A stretch of 26,450 bases of DNA from IMG/VR virus record IMGVR_UViG_3300035188_001315; one strand, given 5' to 3'. Within the stretch, counting starts at the first letter, position 1, and each line of letters starts with the position of its first letter. A model generated the notes under the pieces. The model was not told where the DNA came from. It saw nothing but the letters and a program-made list of their open reading frames with translations, and searched no databases. The stretch comes from a virus. Taxonomy: Duplodnaviria; Heunggongvirae; Uroviricota; Caudoviricetes. Made by a program: the position numbers and the translations under genes. Shown piece by piece: positions 7,693-13,578 of the stretch.

Positions 7693-7820
7693 ATAGTGCT
7701 TATCTTTACAAGATGTCAGACACTGTCTAACACTGATCGCCGCTATTACCTACGTTGTGAGCCTTTGTGCAATTCATCTCACTGTTTCCACGATGCGTAT
7801 CATCTTACGCATCTAACTAT
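7693..7820 (-). ncRNA. putative ncRNA module 1 of repeated family
   Basis: ATAGT/ACTAT ends; hairpin GATGCGT-AAGATGAT-ACGCATC; 3' GGCGATCAGT. Confidence 0.6.
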
Positions 7821-7831
7821 TAAGTCATAAC

Positions 7832-7887
7832 AACCGACTAGGTTCGTTTACAGTTTCACGACAAACCGACCTAGTTCGTTTACAGTT
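7832..7887. repeat. 24-nt direct repeat, two copies 32 nt apart
   Basis: Minus strand AACTGTAAACGAAC-(TAG/CTA)-GTCGGTT at 7864-7887 and 7832-7855. Confidence 0.9.
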
Positions 7888-7982
7888 GTTATGCTTCATA
7901 GTGCTTGTCTTTCCAAGCTGCCATTCAAAATGATATTTTGAAATATAGGAAGAATACTTAACTTCTTCTCTATGGTATTACT

Positions 7983-8011
7983 ATTATACAACTAAAAATT
8001 AACATTTACAA
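7983..8011 (-). promoter_or_regulatory. sigma70 promoter heading the ncRNA array
   Basis: TTGTAA-17-TATAAT. Confidence 0.7.
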
Positions 8012-8052
8012 ATTAATTCTTTTTAAGTTAACCAGGTTATTCAATATTGATC

Positions 8053-8394
8053 CTACCACCAATATCGACGTTTTGGTTTTTTTATAATTTCAACCTCAAA
8101 ATCATCATCTCTCAAACATTGTCGAATTTGATTTTTTGCATCTCGACGATAAGGTCTCTGCGAATATAAATTATGAAACCATCCAGGACCTTTAACTATC
8201 CAAGCACCACGTTTTTTATCTGACCGTATTCGAGCTATTCGTTTTTTATATTCATCACTGGATTTATCGATTAAAACACGATACTCATTAAACCGAAAAT
8301 CTAAGTTTGGAACCCACGTATACAAAATATTTCTACTTCTTAATATATGCTGGGCTTTTTTAAATCTATAAGTTCTGCTCATTATTTTCTCCAT
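8053..8394 (-). CDS. basic hypothetical protein (MSRTYR...PGWF...RRD...RYWW type)
   Basis: 113-aa Arg/Lys-rich ORF. Confidence 0.8.
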   Translation of the reverse strand: MEKIMSRTYRFKKAQHILRSRNILYTWVPNLDFRFNEYRVLIDKSSDEYKKRIARIRSDKKRGAWIVKGPGWFHNLYSQRPYRRDAKNQIRQCLRDDDFEVEIIKKPKRRYWW

Positions 8395-8456
8395 TAGATA
8401 AATTATCTAATGAAAAAATACCTTTTTATTTTTCATATCAACCTCTAAATATTTTT

Positions 8457-8534
8457 TGGAGGAACTGGTCGGATTCGAACCGACGGCTTTAAGATTTTGC
8501 AGATCCTTCTATTGGGCCTCTCTAGCACAGTTCC
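8457..8534 (-). tRNA. tRNA-Cys(GCA)
   Basis: Cloverleaf, loop CTGCAAA, U73, encoded CCA. Confidence 0.92.
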
Positions 8535-8550
8535 AAACAATTTTTAATGT

Positions 8551-8625
8551 TGGTATCCCTGGAAGGAATCGAACCTCCATCATAACGTTCGTAGCGTTGT
8601 ATTCTATCCGTTAAACTACAGGGAC
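8551..8625 (-). tRNA. tRNA-Arg(ACG)
   Basis: Cloverleaf, loop CTACGAA, CCA. Confidence 0.9.
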
Positions 8626-8627
8626 TT

Positions 8628-8864
8628 CTATTTTAAATCAAACCTATAATTTTGTCTGCTGTATGAAGCATGGTAATTGACACCATTGATCCAGTAAGGA
8701 TCAGTTACTAAACCATCATTGTGCACTCGGTTCGATAATGTTTGTATATCGTAAGTTTTGTTATCGACAATAGTTTGATTTGCCCATGAAGTATCATATT
8801 CTAAATCTACTACATATTTTTGATAAATTGACATTGATGCCTGAATTGCGGAAATATTATGCAT
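8628..8864 (-). CDS. hypothetical protein
   Basis: 78-aa ORF, RBS AGAGGTG; ends just before tRNA-Arg. Confidence 0.7.
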   Translation of the reverse strand: MHNISAIQASMSIYQKYVVDLEYDTSWANQTIVDNKTYDIQTLSNRVHNDGLVTDPYWINGVNYHASYSRQNYRFDLK

Positions 8865-8889
8865 AAAATCACCTCTTTACTTTTTTATT

Positions 8890-9255
8890 CTAATCCCTAG
8901 TGTTGTTAATCTCATTGTTTACCACCTGATAAACATTAACAGTTTTACCAATTTTAATTGCGCACTTGGTTGCATCTAAGGTTTCTCGAGATTTTTTATC
9001 CCAAAATGCAACAACAATATCGGCATTATCTATAATAGTTCTGTTTCTGATAGGTCCTGCAGCTTTACCAAACTTTTTCCAATCCGGTTTAAATATAGTA
9101 ACCGGAATAGCATTTAATTTTGTGAATTTCTCAGCAATACTATCAACACCTCGGGCACCACCTGAAATAACTTCTTTAATCTGATATTTCTTTAGGACAT
9201 CAAAAATCAAATCCTGATCAGTTATTTCTCTTGAACCAATCACTGCAACTTTCAT
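8890..9255 (-). CDS. YspA-related SLOG family protein (DUF2493-like)
   Basis: VAVIGSR, VISGGARGVD and GKAAGPIRN...VVAFWD motifs; RBS GGAGG. Confidence 0.85.
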   Translation of the reverse strand: MKVAVIGSREITDQDLIFDVLKKYQIKEVISGGARGVDSIAEKFTKLNAIPVTIFKPDWKKFGKAAGPIRNRTIIDNADIVVAFWDKKSRETLDATKCAIKIGKTVNVYQVVNNEINNTRD

Positions 9256-9388
9256 ATCTTTCCTCCATATAATGTGGTTTTAATTTTATTTATTATTCAC
9301 TGAAGGTAAGTATATAATTAGAGTGTTGTTCACAACGTAAAAAACCTTGCCAGTGAACAAAAAGTCTCACATGCAAGGCCGTGTTATT

Positions 9389-9475
9389 TGGTGCCTTGGG
9401 CCGGAGTCGAACCGGCACGTTCTTTCGAACGAGGGATTTTAAGTCCCTTGCGTCTACCAATTTCGCCACCAAGGC
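9389..9475 (-). tRNA. tRNA-Leu(TAA)
   Basis: Cloverleaf with long variable arm, loop CTTAAAA, CCA. Confidence 0.95.
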
Positions 9476-9487
9476 AAATTATTTAAT

Positions 9488-9664
9488 TTACCATCTATTA
9501 TTAGTATTTGGCGGTCCAGATTCATTTATCAAAACTACAAATGATACCAACAACACAAAACCAAATACTAAAAAAGCGGGGAGAAATACTTCCCACCATG
9601 AAAAATTTATTATATCAAATATTTTTAATATAACCAACACACATTGAAATGATGATATAATCAT
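9488..9664 (-). CDS. 58-aa two-TM membrane protein (not in ORF track)
   Basis: MIISSFQCVLVILKIFDIINFSWWEVFLPAFLVFGF...; LKx4IxFSWWxVFxP motif; RBS AAGGG. Confidence 0.75.
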   Translation of the reverse strand: MIISSFQCVLVILKIFDIINFSWWEVFLPAFLVFGFVLLVSFVVLINESGPPNTNNRW

Positions 9665-9709
9665 ATTTTTTCCCTTTCAAACATGAAATTCAACTTCGGT
9701 TTATTTATG

Positions 9710-9785
9710 TGGCAGGCCAGGTAGGACTCGAACCTACAACCATCGGTTTTGGAGACCGACATTCTACCAATTGAACTACTGACCT
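9710..9785 (-). tRNA. tRNA-Trp(CCA)
   Basis: Cloverleaf, loop CTCCAAA, CCA. Confidence 0.93.
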
Positions 9786-9807
9786 ATTATACTGTAATAC
9801 ACTAATT

Positions 9808-9884
9808 TGGTGCCCCAAGTAGGACTTGAACCTACAACCTACCGATGGTGAGTCGTGTGCTCTAACCAATTGAGCTACCAAGGT
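9808..9884 (-). pseudogene. degenerate tRNA, anticodon CAC
   Basis: Intact D and T arms and CCA; acceptor has A-C plus four G-U pairs; anticodon stem has two mismatches; loop CTCACCA. Confidence 0.7.
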
Positions 9885-9899
9885 GTTACTACTACTTAA

Positions 9900-9976
9900 T
9901 GGCGAAGAGGACGGGGCTCGAACCCGCGACCATTTGCGTGACAGGCAAATATTCTAACCAACTGAACTACCTCTCC
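9900..9976 (-). tRNA. tRNA-Asp(GTC)
   Basis: Cloverleaf, loop CTGTCAC, G73, CCA. Confidence 0.95.
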
Positions 9977-9983
9977 AATTATT

Positions 9984-10059
9984 TGGTGACTCCTATGTGA
10001 TTCGAACACATGCAACACAGATTAAAAATCTGTTGCTCTACCAGCTGAGCTAAGGAATC
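9984..10059 (-). tRNA. tRNA-Lys(TTT) copy B
   Basis: Cloverleaf, loop TTTTTAA, CCA. Confidence 0.92.
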
Positions 10060-10868
10060 GTTTTTCTTAAATCTTCTAATTTTAAAACATCAAGATGATG
10101 AATAATATCTTTATCAATAATCAAAAGCACATGTGGAAATTGATTCCATTTTGCTTTATCTCTTTCTGTCTTGTAACCTTTAACTTCCAGATAAAGATTA
10201 TGTTCTTCTAAAAAGAAATCAGGGAAATAGTTTTTATTCTTACCTTCCCACACATAAGGAAATGGCCCATCTTCATGAATCCATTTTAATCCTTGAGAAT
10301 CCAACCATTGTGCTGTCTTTAATTCCCAACTACCTTTAAGCTTAACACCATTATATTCACCGTGTTTTACTCTACCACAAACATTATTCTTTGTGTAGGA
10401 TTCAGGATTTTTCTCAACAGCTTTCAGCATAGATTCAGAAAGTTTCTTTTTACTTTCTTTAGACCAAACTTGTTTTTTGCTGTTTTCAGAAATCTTCTTG
10501 CGAGTTTCTTCAGAAATCTCTGGATCTGGTAGACCTAATTCTCTAGCTTTAAGATATTGATTTGATGCTCTACCACTTTCTTTCAACTTACGCATTGCAT
10601 CATAGTAAGCATCTGTTTTTGGTTTTAATTGTATTGTTTGTCTATTTGGATTATGCTTGCATAATCTCTCATGTTGGATAAATGAATTTTTGTTCTTCCA
10701 TTCCTTACCACAAAAAGTACATTTCAAATCTTCAGGAACAACCCAGTTCCGCTGAAAAACTTTACCATTTTGAATTGCTAAACAAATCTTTGAGTTTTTG
10801 TGTCTATCAATGTTGTTTGAAGTAATATCAGAACCACACAATTCACATTTAACCGTTCTTCTTTTCAT
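10050..10868 (-). CDS. free-standing homing endonuclease (Zn fingers + NUMOD3-like + PD-(D/E)xK)
   Basis: CELCG and CTFCG..HERLC Zn fingers; SEETRKKISE repeats; YFPDFFL...YLEVKGY nuclease motif. Confidence 0.85.
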   Translation of the reverse strand: MKRRTVKCELCGSDITSNNIDRHKNSKICLAIQNGKVFQRNWVVPEDLKCTFCGKEWKNKNSFIQHERLCKHNPNRQTIQLKPKTDAYYDAMRKLKESGRASNQYLKARELGLPDPEISEETRKKISENSKKQVWSKESKKKLSESMLKAVEKNPESYTKNNVCGRVKHGEYNGVKLKGSWELKTAQWLDSQGLKWIHEDGPFPYVWEGKNKNYFPDFFLEEHNLYLEVKGYKTERDKAKWNQFPHVLLIIDKDIIHHLDVLKLEDLRKTIP

Positions 10869-10921
10869 TTTAAATACCCACTCTTTTAGAGTAATTATAC
10901 AATAAATTGATGGAATTCAAA

Positions 10922-10933
10922 TGTTTAAAGAGC
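10922..10933 (-). promoter_or_regulatory. boxA-like antitermination element
   Basis: GCTCTTTAAACA just 3' of a tRNA. Confidence 0.55.
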
Positions 10934-10943
10934 TTTTAGTAAC

Positions 10944-11020
10944 TGGTCCCCCGTGTCCGATTCGAACGGACGATCAACAAATTATGAGTTTGCTGGCATA
11001 GACCGCTTGCCCAACGGGGG
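10944..11020 (-). tRNA. tRNA(CAT), Ile2 or elongator Met
   Basis: Loop CTCATAA, C4-G69, A73, CCA; no initiator G-C triplet. Confidence 0.88.
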
Positions 11021-11071
11021 TTTTAACCGTTTCTTGATAATATTTTAACTATCAAGCCTATTAACTATTTG

Positions 11072-11144
11072 TATCAATGGTAGGATTTGCACCTACGACA
11101 TAACGAATATGAATCGTTTGCTCTACCAACTGAGCTACATTGAT
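11072..11144 (-). tRNA. tRNA-Met(CAT), atypical
   Basis: Perfect stems, loop TTCATAT, T loop TGCAAAT, no encoded CCA. Confidence 0.75.
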
Positions 11145-11150
11145 ATTATT

Positions 11151-11234
11151 TGGTGCTCTTGGGGAGATTTGAACTCCCAAGGATTTCTCCAGTGGTTTCT
11201 AAGACCACCGTGTATGCCGTTCCACCACAAGAGC
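11151..11234 (-). tRNA. tRNA-Leu(TAG)
   Basis: Cloverleaf, long variable arm, loop CTTAGAA, CCA. Confidence 0.93.
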
Positions 11235-11253
11235 ATATACTTCTTTACATATT

Positions 11254-11330
11254 TGGCGTCGCTACGGGGAATCGAACCCAACGATTACAAGGATGAAAAC
11301 CTTGTGTCCTAACCACTAGACGATAGCGAC
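11254..11330 (-). tRNA. tRNA-Glu(TTC)
   Basis: Loop TTTTCAT, CCA; irregular T stem. Confidence 0.85.
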
Positions 11331-11345
11331 AAATTCTTATTTAAT

Positions 11346-11374
11346 TGGAGCGTCTAACTACATCATTCTAACGC
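11346..11374 (-). pseudogene. tRNA-Gly-type acceptor minihelix remnant
   Basis: GCGTTAG-AATGATGTAG-TTAGACGC-T-CCA. Confidence 0.45.
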
Positions 11375-11435
11375 TACTTTATTATTTTTATTTTCTTAAA
11401 ATTATACAATTTTTTTGTAAAATAACTTAAAAAAA

Positions 11436-11443
11436 TATAAATA
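11436..11443 (+). promoter_or_regulatory. T4-type late promoter motif
   Basis: TATAAATA upstream of the only complete plus-strand gene. Confidence 0.55.
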
Positions 11444-11559
11444 ATAAAGTGAAAGGTAATTAAAATAACTACCAATTATTTTAAAACAGTTAGAGAATTA
11501 ACCGATGTCCCTTTCAACAAATCTAATTATACAATAAAAAAAATCATAAGGAGAATATT

Positions 11560-12402
11560 ATGAAAACAATCTCAAGAATTTGCTCATGTACTATTTGTAA
11601 AAAACAATTTTCAATTAAAGGTTTTCACTCTCATTACATTTCAGCTCATACCATCAAAGGTAACTTAATGAGAAAGAAATGTGGTGCTTTAGGTTTAGAA
11701 AAAGCAATAAAAACTAGTAATTTAAAAAAAGAGCAAAGAATACAACTTTATCTTAAAAATCCTAAATTATGTAAATGTTGTAACAACCCATTACCTTACG
11801 AAAAAACCAAAAATAAGTTTTGTTCATCTACCTGTTCCGCATCTTTCACAAATAAGGAAAGATTTGAAAATGGTTACAGAGTTTCTGCCGCTCATAAAGA
11901 AAAAATTCGTAAAACTTGGGATACAAAACAGTCCAACAAACCAGAATTTACAAAAATTTCTACTTGCATAATTTGTAATAAATTCCATCCAAAAAGTGGA
12001 AAAACATGTTCTAAAAATTGTCAAGATGTTTTATTCAAACAATCATTTACTAAAACTATGGAATCTGGTTACAACCCACAACAAAATAGAAATAGAAGCA
12101 TTCCATCTCATCTTGAAAAATCATTTAAAAATTGGTGTAAAAACAATTTCCCAAACGTACTCTTTTCTCAAAACAAAGCATTCAACTGTAATGGAAAAAT
12201 GTACTATGGTGATTTTTATTTTGATTCTTTAAAAATACTAATTGAATTAGATGGAACTCAACACAAAGAAACAGTTGAATACGACAAACTACGTGATGAC
12301 AACATTTTAAAATACTACAATGTCTACACAATTAGGATTTCTCATAAGGAATTTATCAAAAAATCAAAAGTTGAATTTATCAACAATATTCTTAGTCTTT
12401 AA
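11560..12402 (+). CDS. free-standing homing endonuclease (Zn fingers + DUF559/Vsr-like nuclease), antisense to the tRNA operon
   Basis: CTICK..HYISAH, CKCC..CSSTC and CIIC..CSKNC; YYGDFYF...LIELDGTQH...YDKLRD; RBS AAGGAG. Confidence 0.87.
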   Translation: MKTISRICSCTICKKQFSIKGFHSHYISAHTIKGNLMRKKCGALGLEKAIKTSNLKKEQRIQLYLKNPKLCKCCNNPLPYEKTKNKFCSSTCSASFTNKERFENGYRVSAAHKEKIRKTWDTKQSNKPEFTKISTCIICNKFHPKSGKTCSKNCQDVLFKQSFTKTMESGYNPQQNRNRSIPSHLEKSFKNWCKNNFPNVLFSQNKAFNCNGKMYYGDFYFDSLKILIELDGTQHKETVEYDKLRDDNILKYYNVYTIRISHKEFIKKSKVEFINNILSL

Positions 12403-12416
12403 TCATAGTAGAAGTG

Positions 12417-12488
12417 AGAATCACACGGGATTTGAACCCGTAACAATTGTTTGGAAGACAATTATGTTACCATTAACACCAGTGATTC
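12417..12488 (-). tRNA. tRNA with Gly(TCC) anticodon, 17-bp extended acceptor stem, no CCA
   Basis: Loop CTTCCAA, normal D and T arms; perfect IR 12408-12424/12482-12498. Confidence 0.75.
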
Positions 12489-12511
12489 TCACTTCTACCA
12501 CATTTTTTATT

Positions 12512-12587
12512 TGGCTGGCTAGGTAGGGCTCGAACCTACGACAGAGTGATTAACAGTCACTTGATCTACCAACTGATCTACTAGCCA
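12512..12587 (-). tRNA. tRNA-Asn(GTT)
   Basis: Cloverleaf, loop CTGTTAA, G73, CCA. Confidence 0.95.
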
Positions 12588-12588
12588 T

Positions 12589-12699
12589 TTATTTAATACG
12601 ACTTTGTTTATTAATATGTGTTTGCTCAATTTCACGTAGCTGAGCTTGTTTTGCATTAGCAGAATGTCTGCCAGATATGTAATAGTCTGTAGTTTTCAT
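12589..12699 (-). pseudogene. 36-aa ORF, possible homing-endonuclease N-terminal remnant
   Basis: MKTTDYYISGRHSANAKQAQLREIEQTHINKQSRIK; no RBS. Confidence 0.35.
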
Positions 12700-12708
12700 A
12701 TCAATGTT

Positions 12709-12785
12709 TGGTCTCCCATGACAAATTCGAATTGCCAACCTATCCACCCCAAACGGATCGCTCTACCAGGCTGAGCTAATGGGAG
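12709..12785 (-). tRNA. tRNA-Pro(TGG)
   Basis: Cloverleaf, loop TTTGGGG, CCA. Confidence 0.9.
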
Positions 12786-12811
12786 TAGTTAATTTGTTAA
12801 CTAATGTGTGT

Positions 12812-12839
12812 ATTATACATTAAATTTTGTATAAGTCAA
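12812..12839 (-). promoter_or_regulatory. internal sigma70 promoter
   Basis: TTGACT-16-TATAAT. Confidence 0.7.
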
Positions 12840-12863
12840 ACACTAATTAAATCATTTTTTATA

Positions 12864-12951
12864 TGGCGAAGAATATAAGATTCGAACTTATGATACATTT
12901 CCATATGCTCCCTTAGCAGGGGAGTGCTTTCAACCCCTCAGCCAATTCTTC
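12864..12951 (-). tRNA. tRNA-Ser(GCT)
   Basis: Long variable arm, loop CTGCTAA, G73, CCA. Confidence 0.93.
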
Positions 12952-12960
12952 TATTTAATA

Positions 12961-13035
12961 TGGAGCCTCTTCCCAGAATCGAACTGAGATCTAAAGATTA
13001 CAAGTCAATTGTAATAACCATTATACTAAAGAGGC
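12961..13035 (-). tRNA. tRNA-Thr(TGT)
   Basis: Loop CTTGTAA, CCA; two U-U mismatches in the anticodon stem. Confidence 0.85.
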
Positions 13036-13063
13036 AATAACTATTATTTAAACACTTGATATT

Positions 13064-13138
13064 TGGTGACTCCTGATGGATTCGAACCATCTTCATCTCA
13101 TTAAAAGTGAGAGGTTTTTCCAATTAAGCTAAGGAATC
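13064..13138 (-). tRNA. tRNA-Lys(TTT) copy A
   Basis: Cloverleaf, loop CTTTTAA, CCA. Confidence 0.92.
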
Positions 13139-13155
13139 ATATTTTCATAATTATT

Positions 13156-13241
13156 TGGTGGTTAGGGTTGGATTCGAACCAACGAAGCACAGAGGCGGCG
13201 GATTTACAGTCCGCTGGAATTAACCACTCTCCCACCTAACC
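13156..13241 (-). tRNA. tRNA-Tyr(GTA)
   Basis: Long variable arm, loop CTGTAAA, CCA. Confidence 0.95.
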
Positions 13242-13249
13242 AGGTTATT

Positions 13250-13394
13250 TGGTTTGTAATTCTCTACAGGATTTGAACCTGTGTTGTCTAAGAATGTCTT
13301 ACTATACCCATATTGAAAATGAAAATTTTCAGTAGGAATTGAACCTACAGTAACTATTATTCCTTTGTTCTACCAATTGAACTAAGAGAATTAC
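13250..13394 (-). ncRNA. 145-nt tRNA-like RNA with two T arms and no anticodon loop
   Basis: Acceptor GTAATTCTCT/AGAGAATTAC, D arm GTTC-AATTGGTA-GAAC, T arms GTAGG-TTCAATT-CCTAC and ACAGG-TTCAAAT-CCTGT, ends AAACCA. Confidence 0.7.
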
Positions 13395-13411
13395 AATGTT
13401 TTCAATCTAAA

Positions 13412-13423
13412 TTTTTAAAGAAC
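13412..13423 (-). promoter_or_regulatory. boxA-like element
   Basis: GTTCTTTAAAAA downstream of the proximal tRNA promoter. Confidence 0.55.
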
Positions 13424-13444
13424 TTCCTTTCTTACTGTGGATAT

Positions 13445-13473
13445 ATTATACCAAACTATCTACATATTGTCCA
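13445..13473 (-). promoter_or_regulatory. tRNA-operon promoter P2
   Basis: TGGACA-17-TATAAT, extended TG; part of the 58-bp duplication. Confidence 0.85.
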
Positions 13474-13508
13474 GAGTTTTTAAAAATTGTTTAAATATTT
13501 TTTTTAAG

Positions 13509-13520
13509 TTGTTAAAGAGC
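13509..13520 (-). promoter_or_regulatory. boxA element
   Basis: GCTCTTTAACAA, matches the rrn boxA consensus. Confidence 0.7.
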
Positions 13521-13549
13521 TTCGTTTCTTAATTTCTTACTATGGATAT

Positions 13550-13578
13550 ATTATACCAAACTATCTTCATATTGTCCA
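13550..13578 (-). promoter_or_regulatory. tRNA-operon promoter P1
   Basis: TGGACA-17-TATAAT, extended TG; 13533-13590 duplicates 13428-13485 with 2 mismatches. Confidence 0.85.

Noticed and set aside
6781-7922. CRISPR array
   Set aside because: Repeats are degenerate, spacing is irregular (about 200-570 nt), spacers are self-complementary hairpins, and there are no cas genes.
6150-7922. Known riboswitch, tmRNA, RNase P or group I/II intron
   Set aside because: Only fragments resemble known motifs (CTTGGAAAGAYAAG like the SAM-I 3' end, CAGGGCAAAC/GACGCAA like c-di-GMP-I, CCCGACACCTGTGA..GGAGACTTG like cobalamin). The remaining conserved cores, tmRNA termini, P4, P7 and domain V are absent by eye; an Rfam scan is still needed.
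12408-12500. Plus-strand tRNA-like RNA ending ACCA
   Set aside because: The plus strand lacks D- and T-loop consensus; the ACCA next to the IR is probably chance.
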